From a plasmid: DNA of 11,432 bases. How positions within the stretch are numbered: the stretch's first letter is position 1; every line of letters begins with the position of its first letter. A program made the translations under genes and the position numbers. Below, in pieces: positions 1-7,325 of this stretch. A model generated the notes under the pieces. It made no database searches and was not told where the DNA came from. It saw only the letters and a list, made by a program, of their open reading frames with translations. The DNA lies in sequence record NZ_CP060116.1, one strand, 5' to 3'.

Positions 1-5
1 AATAA

Positions 6-40
6 AAAAACTAGCCAATAAATCCAGGCCAGTTTTTTTT
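6..40 (+). terminator. Hairpin (ctagcc...ggccag, one mismatch) followed by a T8 run. If the replicon is circular this is the likely terminator for the last gene of the window.
   Basis: Stem 11-16/27-32 with A/T extension, loop aataaatcca, T-run 33-40. Confidence 0.4.
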
Positions 41-108
41 ATTTTATATTCTATATATGAGTTTAGAATATTATATCATTTTTCTTTTATATTTCAATAT
101 AAAATAAA

Positions 109-136
109 AACACCACTTATTCCAGTAAGTAGTGTT
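109..136. terminator. 10-bp hairpin (one mismatch) flanked by an A-run upstream and T-rich sequence downstream. Possible bidirectional terminator.
   Basis: aacaccactt / aagtagtgtt with loop attccagt. The T-run on the minus-strand side is the stronger one. Confidence 0.3.
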
Positions 137-219
137 TTAGCTTTGTTTTTCAAGTTTTTTTGCTAGTGATACATCTCTATATCTAATTCAATTATAATAT
201 TTTCTTTTTTAGTTGTCAA

Positions 220-228
220 TGATATAAT
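220..228 (+). promoter_or_regulatory. Extended -10 promoter TGaTATAAT for the small peptide gene.
   Basis: TG at 220-221, TATAAT at 223-228. No good -35, which is acceptable for extended -10 promoters in low-GC Gram-positives. Confidence 0.35.
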
Positions 229-275
229 ATATTGCTTTTGTTTTTCCTGCTTCATCTACTAAAAAGGGGGTGAAG

Positions 276-347
276 TTGTTGAAAAAGTTTTTTTTGCTAG
301 TCTTGATAGTAGTTATATTCTTGCTATTATCTAAAAATGCCTATTAG
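276..347 (+). CDS. Small hydrophobic peptide of about 23-24 aa, (M)LKKFFLLVLIVVIFLLLSKNAY, with a TTG start. Candidate small membrane peptide or type I toxin-like gene.
   Basis: Strong RBS AAAAGGGGG at 261-269, in-frame TTG at 276 and 279, TAG stop at 345-347, terminator immediately downstream. Absent from the ORF track only because of its length and non-ATG start. Confidence 0.35.
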   Translation: MLKKFFLLVLIVVIFLLLSKNAY

Positions 348-358
348 TATTTTATGTG

Positions 359-392
359 GGTAGTTTGTTCCAGCAGACTACCTGCTTTTTTT
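359..392 (+). terminator. Rho-independent terminator after the small peptide ORF.
   Basis: ggtagt/actacc (or gcag/ctgc) stem followed by a T7 run at 386-392. Confidence 0.5.
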
Positions 393-509
393 ATTTCATT
401 GTTTTAACTTACTATAAGTCATTTGAAAGACTTAAAACATCAAAAGGTACTTTTATCTTCTCAATCTAAAAAAAGAAGAAATAGACCTATCCTAGTGATT
501 ATTTTAATT

Positions 510-540
510 GGTAGCTTTTCAATCCTTGCTACCTTTTTTA
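510..540 (+). terminator. Rho-independent terminator (ggtagc / gctacc, then TTTTTT).
   Basis: 6-bp GC-containing stem, 12-nt loop, T-run at 534-539. It closes a roughly 110-nt region (400-510) that contains no ORF, which may be a small RNA. Confidence 0.4.
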
Positions 541-1036
541 TTGTCCGTGGAGAGTAGGGACTAGGTGTTTTATGTAGTCCCTTATGTAGTCCCTTTTTTT
601 TTCTTTTGTATACCAATATATTTTTAATACTTTTTTTTATTCAGGGACTAAAAGGACTACTTTTTTAATTGCTTTCATTATATATTATTTTTAGTATTTT
701 TCTTATATATACCAATACTTCTATTATTACTTTGAATTTCAAAGTATATTTTTTTTTCTTTATTTTCAATACTTTTTTAGTTTTTTATATGTGTTTTTTT
801 TTATATATATAGATTTTCTAGTCCCACCAGTCCCTAATAAAAAAAAAACTTTTAATTGCAATGGAAAAAGTAGGGACTAGGTATAGGGACTAGGTAGGGA
901 CTGTATCTTTTTTGACTTCAAAAAAATATATATTAGAATTATGATATTATCAATAGTATAAATCGTTTTTTAATTAGGGACTGTTTTAAAATCGGAAAAA
1001 ATAATTTTCCTCTTTCTTTTACTTCTCCACGGACAC
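541..1036. repeat. Iteron-like repeat field and probable replication origin. About 11 copies of core GGGACTA (TAGGGACTAGG, TATGTAGTCCC x2, AGGGACTAA, GGACTAC and others) in both orientations. It also contains an AT-rich ACCAATA-repeat stretch. The field is bounded by the inverted repeat TCTCCACGGACA (541-552 on the minus strand, 1024-1035 on the plus strand).
   Basis: Direct reading: plus-strand copies at about 557, 645, 873, 887, 899, 977; reverse-complement copies at about 577, 588, 820, 830. Located immediately upstream of the rep operon. Confidence 0.6.
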
Positions 1037-1099
1037 AATAGGGAGAGCGTCAAGAAATATCAAAAAAATGAATTAATGGTATTTAGAATTAAAAAAAAG

Positions 1100-1128
1100 T
1101 TGAAATAATAGACTATATATGTTAAAAT
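1100..1128 (+). promoter_or_regulatory. Candidate promoter for the HTH-helicase-primase operon.
   Basis: TTGAAA, 17 nt, then TGtTAAAAT (extended -10-like), about 35 nt upstream of ATG 1161. Confidence 0.3.
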
Positions 1129-1160
1129 TAATTATCAAATAATAAAGGGGGTAACTGAAA

Positions 1161-1400
1161 ATGCTTGAAACTAATGTAAATACTATTGTTTATAATGCTA
1201 AACTAGGTAGAAAAAGTAAATATAACCTAGCTAAAAATTATCTACTTGAAAAATATTGTAATGATGAAGAAGTTACTATTTCTCAACTAGCAAAAGATTT
1301 AAGGGTAGGATATAGCACAGCTAGAAATTACCTTCTTCGTTTCCTTGATGAAGAACTAAATGTTGTCAATGTTGCAAAGTATTATAATTATAAAAGATAA
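1161..1400 (+). CDS. Small helix-turn-helix DNA-binding protein (79 aa). Candidate replication or copy-control regulator.
   Basis: Strong RBS AAAGGGGG. HTH-like segment VTISQLAKDLRVGYSTARNYL. First gene after the iteron field. Confidence 0.55.
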   Translation: MLETNVNTIVYNAKLGRKSKYNLAKNYLLEKYCNDEEVTISQLAKDLRVGYSTARNYLLRFLDEELNVVNVAKYYNYKR

Positions 1401-1625
1401 AAATATAAAAAAAATTCACTATTGGCACTAGTGAATTTAGAAGATAAAGAAAAAAAAACAATTCCGTTTATGATAGTTTTTTCTTTTGTTGTTCATATTA
1501 TACCACATAGAAAACCACATTTCAAGAAAAATCTGTACTATATATATTATGGCAAAAAAGTTCAAAACTATCGAAAAAATCTTCTGTTTATGTTTTTATC
1601 TATCCAAAAAAGGAGAGATAAAAAA

Positions 1626-3515
1626 ATGAAAAAAATAAAACCATTCCCAAAGTATGAAACACTAGAAAAAGATTTTCCACTTTCTATCAAAACTAAAACT
1701 ACTGTTAAATGGAACAATTTATCGCCATCTAACATCGCTAGATATATAATAAATGCAAAATTGGTAGGCAAGTACATCTATAAAGATTATGCAGAAAAAA
1801 ACGGAGAAGTCTATGAAACAAACAAAGGTATGTTAAAAATTTTTAATGAAGAATATGGTATATTTGTAAATGCAGATAATGTATTAAAAAAAATGATTTT
1901 TGAATTTTTTGAAGATGATGAAACTAAGCAAATTCAGAATTGTTGTAAATTCAGGTATACCAAAAATCCCGATGAAATCATAAAGAAGTTATTACTTCCA
2001 AGCCTGAAATATGAAATTAATAGGGTTTTAGAAAAATTGCATAACCACTGGAACGCAGGATTTGAGAAAGGATTTTTAAGTATTGTTTTTAAAAATGGTA
2101 CTCTATTGATGAATGTAAAAGAGAAAAAATGGCACTTTACAGAAGAAAAAAGTCCACAATTTTTGGCACAAGTTTATTTTAATACAAATTTTTTTCCACT
2201 TATAGCAGAAAAAAGGGAAAATAGACTATTTAATTTTTTAAATTTTAAGCTAGATTTACAAACAAAAGAAAAGCAAGATTTTATCAAAGCCTTGCTATTC
2301 GATTGGTTTTTCATAGAAAATAAAAGTCACCACATAATTTGCTTTGTTGGACGCCATAGCAGTGGAAAAAGTAGTTTTATGGAACATATAAAAACTTTTA
2401 GTAACTTTCATTCTTGGTGCAACAATATAAGTCTTAGCAGTTTGGTAGGGAACAAGTTTTCTGTCCCTGATTGGTTTTACTCGAATAATATATTCTGTAA
2501 TGAAACTAGCGAAAAATACTTCAAAGATAACAGTACATTTAAACTTCTAGTTGCAAAAGAAGTCTTAAGCGTGGAGCAAAAAGGCTTAGATATAGTATTT
2601 TTGAGAGCATTTAGCAAACTTATTTGCTTGGGAGAAGAGCCAATAAAGATAAAATCGGACGGGGGAGTTGACAAAAGAATAATGAACTTCCATTTCTCAG
2701 AGCAACAGTATCTTTTTTCAGAGCGAGAAAGATATGATTATAAAGATTACTTAGAACAAATACAGGAAGAAGATGAAACAGGAAACGACGCATTATTGCA
2801 ATATCTAGCATTCGGAAAATATGAAGACATTACACAAATTTTAATAGAGGGTTTTGAAGAATTTTGCAATAAAAAATACAATGATAACAAAAGAAAATTT
2901 AAAAGTAAATACGAAGAATTATTTGGAGAAGATATGGAAGTATTCGCAAGAATACAAAGTCCATACATCAATGGATATGAAACTTTTTTAGAGGCTTGTC
3001 CAAATTGTTGTGTGCAACTAACAACTTTTTTAAACATCTTAAAAGAATTAGAAGTTGAACAATATATTTCATCAACTGATACTTTAAGGGAGCATATAAA
3101 GAAAATAGATGAAACAATAAGAGATTATAAAAATGTTTATAGAGAATACTATTCTAAAACAAAAAATGTTAAAGTAGCAGTAGAAGAGCGAGGAAATGAA
3201 GATTTTTACACAACTTTGGCAAAAAAGAATAACTACATCTTTGGATTTAGGCTAAGAGAAAAAAAAGAAATTTATGATTTATTATTACAAAAAGTTAAAG
3301 ATACAGAAAAAGTTATTGCAACATATAACAGAATAAGAAGTTGCTTTAAAACTCTAACTGAAGAAAGTTTTAATAATTTGTTTCCACTTGCAACAGTAAC
3401 TAAAATAGAAGTTGCAGAACAACAAACAATAGATTTAGGTACTCCCCACGGACAAAAAGAAAAAACTATTGATGAAATGGAAGAAGAATTAAAAAATTTT
3501 TTTAAGGCAGAGTGA
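1626..3515 (+). CDS. Replication initiator/helicase with a P-loop NTPase fold showing D5/P4-type (SF3) helicase motifs. About 630 aa from ATG 1626. The track ORF starting at 1422 has no RBS.
   Basis: RBS AAAAAGGAGAG 8 nt before ATG 1626. Walker A FVGRHSSGKSSF. Downstream LVAKEVLSVEQKG, FSKLICLGEEPIKI and DGGVDKRIMNFHF resemble the conserved K-L-t-g-g-D, N-x-x-P and RR-finger blocks of the P4-family primase C-terminal helicase domain (compared from memory of that domain's consensus, not searched). Family assignment confidence is lower than the confidence that this is a CDS. Confidence 0.6.
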   Translation: MKKIKPFPKYETLEKDFPLSIKTKTTVKWNNLSPSNIARYIINAKLVGKYIYKDYAEKNGEVYETNKGMLKIFNEEYGIFVNADNVLKKMIFEFFEDDETKQIQNCCKFRYTKNPDEIIKKLLLPSLKYEINRVLEKLHNHWNAGFEKGFLSIVFKNGTLLMNVKEKKWHFTEEKSPQFLAQVYFNTNFFPLIAEKRENRLFNFLNFKLDLQTKEKQDFIKALLFDWFFIENKSHHIICFVGRHSSGKSSFMEHIKTFSNFHSWCNNISLSSLVGNKFSVPDWFYSNNIFCNETSEKYFKDNSTFKLLVAKEVLSVEQKGLDIVFLRAFSKLICLGEEPIKIKSDGGVDKRIMNFHFSEQQYLFSERERYDYKDYLEQIQEEDETGNDALLQYLAFGKYEDITQILIEGFEEFCNKKYNDNKRKFKSKYEELFGEDMEVFARIQSPYINGYETFLEACPNCCVQLTTFLNILKELEVEQYISSTDTLREHIKKIDETIRDYKNVYREYYSKTKNVKVAVEERGNEDFYTTLAKKNNYIFGFRLREKKEIYDLLLQKVKDTEKVIATYNRIRSCFKTLTEESFNNLFPLATVTKIEVAEQQTIDLGTPHGQKEKTIDEMEEELKNFFKAE

Positions 3516-4564
3516 TAAAAATGTCTAATATAAAATCATTAGCCTTTAAAGATAAGCTAGAAAAAATACATAGTTTAGAATATAAAATTTTAAGTTATTA
3601 TGGAGTGGACTTAGACAATTTCTATTGTCCACACTGTAATTCAAAAAGAATGAAACCTTTTAAGAGCAACAAGGGAGAATATCACAAGCTAAAATGTTAT
3701 GGTTGCAGTAGCACCCTTGATATCTTAGACATAGCAAAATTAATGGATAGTAACTTAAAAAATTTTAATCCAGGTGCAGTGGTAGACTATTTATTAAGTT
3801 TAGATTATAGTAATATAGAAAGTGCTTCACAAGTGGAACAAATAAAAAAATCAAAATCGGATCCGTTTTTAATAGATTATGATGAGTTCATAGCAAATAG
3901 TTTAAATAAATTTAATCGTGCAGTAGATACTAAGAATGCAGATGAATTAGAGTACCTTTATAGCAGGGGATATAATAATGAAGATTTAATCTATTTAAAA
4001 AATTTTCTAGGAATAGATGAACATAATAATATTATGTTTGCTTGTAGCAGAGAAAGTTTTATACTTAGACTGTTGAAACCTTGGCACGATAAAAATGGTA
4101 AGGAAATTAGATATAAAAACTCTCCTAGATTAGAAAATACAAGACATTATTGTTACCTGTTAGATACTGTAAATCAAAATAATATTATAAAAAATAACTA
4201 TAATATTTTCATCTTTGAGGGAGGATTTGACACTATAACATTTAGAATTTTATGTAAAAATAAATGCTTATGCTTCGCAACGGGGGGAGCAGATAGCAAC
4301 CATAATTTAATAGCAAATAAGATAAATGATATAGCAGGTAGATTAAATTATAAAGTTAATGTATTCATCTTATTTGATAACGATGAAGCAGGAGAAAATA
4401 ACACAACTTTACTTGCAGAATTATTTAATAAAAACTATATAAATGTATATACTAAAATGTCAAAATTCTTATTCAAAAACAGTAAAGATATAAGCGAAGA
4501 ATTTAAAAATAATCGTGCAGAGTTAGAAATAAGAATAAAATATTTATTAAATAAAATAAGTTAA
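3512..4564 (+). CDS. DnaG-like DNA primase with an N-terminal zinc-binding domain and a TOPRIM domain. The start is GTG 3512, overlapping the upstream stop, or ATG 3521.
   Basis: Zinc finger CPHCNSKRMKPF...YHKLKCYGCSSTLDILD (compare DnaG CPFH..EKTPSF...YHCFGCG). TOPRIM E-G-x-x-D in IFIFEGGFDTITF and D-x-D-x-x-G in FILFDNDEAGEN. Translationally coupled to the helicase gene. Confidence 0.8.
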   Translation: MIKMSNIKSLAFKDKLEKIHSLEYKILSYYGVDLDNFYCPHCNSKRMKPFKSNKGEYHKLKCYGCSSTLDILDIAKLMDSNLKNFNPGAVVDYLLSLDYSNIESASQVEQIKKSKSDPFLIDYDEFIANSLNKFNRAVDTKNADELEYLYSRGYNNEDLIYLKNFLGIDEHNNIMFACSRESFILRLLKPWHDKNGKEIRYKNSPRLENTRHYCYLLDTVNQNNIIKNNYNIFIFEGGFDTITFRILCKNKCLCFATGGADSNHNLIANKINDIAGRLNYKVNVFILFDNDEAGENNTTLLAELFNKNYINVYTKMSKFLFKNSKDISEEFKNNRAELEIRIKYLLNKIS

Positions 4565-4568
4565 AAAA

Positions 4569-4600
4569 TAAGGGGTACTATTATATAGCTACCCCTTTTA
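4569..4600. terminator. Bidirectional rho-independent terminator between convergent genes.
   Basis: AAGGGGTA / TACCCCTT 8-bp stem with T-rich flanks on both strands. Confidence 0.6.
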
Positions 4601-4620
4601 AAATGATTTTAAACGCTATC

Positions 4621-5061
4621 TCAGGCGTTCGTTTTTTCTTCTGTTTTTTCTTCTTCATCAACTTTCTTTTCTTCTTTTATTTCTTTACTTTTATTTTTTA
4701 TATCTTCAAAAGAATTTTTTATTTTTTCTTCAATTTCTTCAAGGAACAGTTTCGCATTTTCTACACTAAGTTTATTCACAGATACATTAATTAATTTTAC
4801 AATTTCTTCAATTTTCAAATCATTTTCGGCTACCTTGGTGAACTTTAAAATCTGAGCAGGAGTTAAGCCAAAGTCCTTATAACTTTTCTTTTTAGCCTTA
4901 TTTTTAGCTTCATTTTTCTTCTCCACGGACTTATTCTTTTCTTCAATAATTTTCTTATAAGCTTCAGTCTTACTATAATTTTCTTGGTCAGGAATATTTA
5001 TTTTTTCTTCTGTATTTTCTTCAACATTTATATTTTTATTTTCTTCAAATTCATTATACAT
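4621..5061 (-). CDS. K/E-rich hypothetical protein (146 aa), probably coiled-coil. Function unknown.
   Basis: RBS AAGGAG 10 nt upstream of ATG on the minus strand. Own promoter, and convergent on the shared terminator. Shares the identical 20-nt stretch AATAAGTCCGTGGAGAAGAA (NKSVEKK) with the relaxase gene. Confidence 0.55.
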   Translation of the reverse strand: MYNEFEENKNINVEENTEEKINIPDQENYSKTEAYKKIIEEKNKSVEKKNEAKNKAKKKSYKDFGLTPAQILKFTKVAENDLKIEEIVKLINVSVNKLSVENAKLFLEEIEEKIKNSFEDIKNKSKEIKEEKKVDEEEKTEEKTNA

Positions 5062-5096
5062 ATTTTTTCATCTCCTTAGTAAGTTATATAATACTT

Positions 5097-5125
5097 ATTG
5101 TATTATATTCCTTAGCTAATGTCAA
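5097..5125 (-). promoter_or_regulatory. Near-consensus sigma-A-type promoter on the minus strand (TTGACA, 17 nt, TACAAT) for the 146-aa gene.
   Basis: Reverse complement of 5096-5125 is ttgacattagctaaggaatataatacaata. About 30-nt leader to the ATG at 5061. Confidence 0.45.
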
Positions 5126-5224
5126 TAAAAAAATATGCTATTTCCCCTTTTAAATCAATATCTTTTTTTAATAAAATATGTTATAATTTATATACAAAAT
5201 AGTACTATATTTATTAAAAGGGGA

Positions 5225-5400
5225 AATAGGCAAGATACTCGCTATACCGTAAACGGTATGCTTTATCTTGCAAAGGGTTGCACCCTTTTGAAACCTGCAT
5301 TGCACTTATACTTCATAAAAGCAGTGCTTTTAATTGTATCGTGCAAGTGGGGAAGTTTTAGCACTCCCCACACCCCTTGCTATTGCGAATTAATGTTTAA
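5225..5400. other. GC-enriched, highly structured element with at least four hairpins. Candidate oriT (the relaxase nick region) or a single-strand initiation site or structured RNA.
   Basis: Nested hairpin GCAAGATA...[ATACCGT aa ACGGTAT]...TATCTTGC at 5230-5271. AAAGGGT tgc ACCCTTT at 5272-5288. GCACT...AGTGC at 5302-5327. GTGGGGA...TCCCCAC at 5347-5371. Lies immediately upstream of the mobC-relaxase operon. The track ORF 5135-5422 over it is judged spurious. Confidence 0.4.
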
Positions 5401-5515
5401 ATTTTTATCGGGACAACGATAAAAATTCAAAATTAACTCGCTAGAAAAAAGCTAAAAATATAACATACTTTGAAGAAAAATTATATATTATTAAGTTTGA
5501 AGAAAGGAGTAGTAA

Positions 5516-5905
5516 ATGTATAGAGAAGAAGTAGAAAAAGTTGAGCCTATCAGGAAGAAAAGAGTAGAATTTCAGGTTGAAGAAGAACTATTAAATTTAT
5601 TAGATATAAGAGCAGATATAAAAGAAATTAGTAGGAGCGAATATATAAGAAATTTAATTTTAAAAGATATAGGAAATATTAATAATAGTATAGATATAGA
5701 CACATTGAAGAAGATAAAAAGGTTAATGGTAGAGTTTAGAAAAATGCGAATAGCATTCACTAAATTAGGAGTAGTTTTTAATCAAGGAATTAAACTATTT
5801 ATTAAAGATAAAAAAGAAGAATTAGAAGCCATAGAAGATGAATTGATTAACTTGCTAGATGAAGAAAAAGAGAAGCTAGAAGATTATAAAAAGTATCTAT
5901 TGTAA
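5516..5905 (+). CDS. mobC: MobC-like relaxosome accessory protein (ribbon-helix-helix N-terminus).
   Basis: RBS AAAGGAG. N-terminus RKKRVEFQVEEELLNLLDIRADIKEISRSEYIRNLIL is RHH-like. KLGVVFNQGIKLFI resembles the MobC family G-N-N-L-N-Q-I-A motif. Directly precedes the relaxase. Confidence 0.65.
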   Translation: MYREEVEKVEPIRKKRVEFQVEEELLNLLDIRADIKEISRSEYIRNLILKDIGNINNSIDIDTLKKIKRLMVEFRKMRIAFTKLGVVFNQGIKLFIKDKKEELEAIEDELINLLDEEKEKLEDYKKYLL

Positions 5906-5914
5906 GGGGGATAT

Positions 5915-7315
5915 ATGCCAATTTTAAAAGCAATAGGAAAAAACAAAGATAAAAAGAAAGGAAGTACCAAGCAAACATTAGCAGGAATGAAAGCAGTATT
6001 AAATTACATAGCAAGAGCAGGGAAAGAAGAACAAATTTATAAAGCTTTTGGAATGGGATTAAGCGATAATGTAGATAAGGCTAATAACACAATAATTTTT
6101 AATAAAAAGACGCACGATAAAGTGGATAGTAACTTATATAAACATTTTGCTTTATCGTTCCCCCCGGGATTTGATAATCTTGAACTAATAGAGAAGATTA
6201 CAAGAGAATTTGTACAAAAAGAATATGTAGATAAAGGCTTTTTGTGTTATGTGGGGATACATATAGATAAAGACCATTACCATAGCCATATTTTAGTTGA
6301 TACAGTGAATTTTAATACAGGTTATAAGCTACATCAATTAGATAATGCAGATATGAAGAAAGCAAGATATAAAGACAAAATTCTTCCTGAACAAGAAATA
6401 TCACTTGAACATTTAAAGGATAGTATGGAAGAAATAGCAATGTCTTATGGAGTAGAAAGCCCTGAGCGAAAAAAGGAAAAGAACAAGAGTATAAACATAG
6501 GAAAAATGGCTAAGTATAAAGGAATAACAAAAGAGAATTCGTGGCGAACTAAGATAGCAAAAAATTTTGAAGATATTGTTTTAAATCTTAATACGACAAT
6601 AGAAAATTTGCAGGATAAGTTAAAAGAAAAAGGTATCTTCTTTAATCGTTTTAATAAAGAAAAAAGAACTCTAACACTAGGTACAATGTACGAGGATAAG
6701 GGGAAGACTAAAAAAGGGTTAGTAAAACTTAGTACACTAGAAGCAGAAGAAGATTATAGATTTCAAGCAACTAAAAATATTTATAATTGGGATAATTTAT
6801 GGAAAGAACTAGACAAGCACAATGTTAAATTATTGGAGCAGGAGAAAGAAAAAAATAACGAAATTAATTTAGAATTAGATTTAGATATTTTTGATGAAAT
6901 AGAAAAAGAAATTAAATTAGAATTAGAAAAAGAAAAGGAACTAACTAAGTCTAAGACAAAGACAAAGACAAAGACATATACTATTGAAGAAGAAAGACAA
7001 ATTGATGAAAATACAAGAATATGGATTGAAAATTACAATAAAAAGCAGGAAATAGAAAAAGAAAATAATAAGTCCGTGGAGAAGAAAGAAGAAAAGCCAA
7101 AAGTTGTTGAGTTAAATGCTATTGAAAAAGCCAAAATAAGCCAACAATTAGCAGAAGAACAAAGATTAAAAGAATTAGAAGCAGAAAAATTAGCAAAGAA
7201 GAAGAAAGCGACTGTAACTGAATGGGTTGATGAGAAAGACCAGTGGGTAGACGAGAAAGATGAGTGGGTTAGTGAGTGGGAAGATGATAAAAATGATTGG
7301 GATTTAAGTAAATAA
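5915..7315 (+). CDS. Mobilization relaxase, MOBP-like (relaxase/mobilisation nuclease domain), with a long K/E-rich low-complexity C-terminal tail.
   Basis: RBS GGGGG. N-terminal motif I with candidate catalytic Tyr in KAVLNYIAR (compare RP4 TraI ELVKYITD). Histidine-triad motif III HIDKDHYHSHILVDTVN (HxDxDHxHxHxxxN). Confidence 0.85.
   Translation: MPILKAIGKNKDKKKGSTKQTLAGMKAVLNYIARAGKEEQIYKAFGMGLSDNVDKANNTIIFNKKTHDKVDSNLYKHFALSFPPGFDNLELIEKITREFVQKEYVDKGFLCYVGIHIDKDHYHSHILVDTVNFNTGYKLHQLDNADMKKARYKDKILPEQEISLEHLKDSMEEIAMSYGVESPERKKEKNKSINIGKMAKYKGITKENSWRTKIAKNFEDIVLNLNTTIENLQDKLKEKGIFFNRFNKEKRTLTLGTMYEDKGKTKKGLVKLSTLEAEEDYRFQATKNIYNWDNLWKELDKHNVKLLEQEKEKNNEINLELDLDIFDEIEKEIKLELEKEKELTKSKTKTKTKTYTIEEERQIDENTRIWIENYNKKQEIEKENNKSVEKKEEKPKVVELNAIEKAKISQQLAEEQRLKELEAEKLAKKKKATVTEWVDEKDQWVDEKDEWVSEWEDDKNDWDLSK
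6953..6976 (+). repeat. Perfect tandem hexanucleotide repeat (AAGACA)x4 inside the relaxase gene, encoding (KT)4.
   Basis: Read directly. In-frame unit, so slippage would change length but not frame. Confidence 0.8.
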
Positions 7316-7325
7316 GGAGCGTAAA

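Noticed and set aside
1422-1625. Upstream in-frame extension of the helicase ORF (track start 1422).
   Set aside because: There is no RBS before 1422, whereas a strong AAAAAGGAGAG precedes ATG 1626. The extension is AT-rich leader sequence.
1568-3037. Four minus-strand ORFs (1568-1777, 2477-2674, 2620-2811, 2747-3037) antisense to the helicase gene.
   Set aside because: They are fully embedded antisense in a long, motif-bearing plus-strand CDS. They have no RBS, and their products are low-complexity hydrophobic sequences typical of AT-rich antisense frames.
4603-4794. Plus-strand 63-aa ORF rich in F residues.
   Set aside because: It is antisense to the better-supported minus-strand 146-aa gene. 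It is a poly-Phe artefact of reading a K/E-rich gene on the opposite strand.
5135-5422. Plus-strand 95-aa ORF across the structured GC-rich element.
   Set aside because: It has no RBS. The region is dominated by hairpins and lies between divergent promoters, so it is more plausibly a cis-acting site (oriT or ssi) than coding.
5572-5760. Minus-strand 62-aa ORF inside mobC.
   Set aside because: It is antisense to the MobC-like gene, has no RBS and a low-complexity product.
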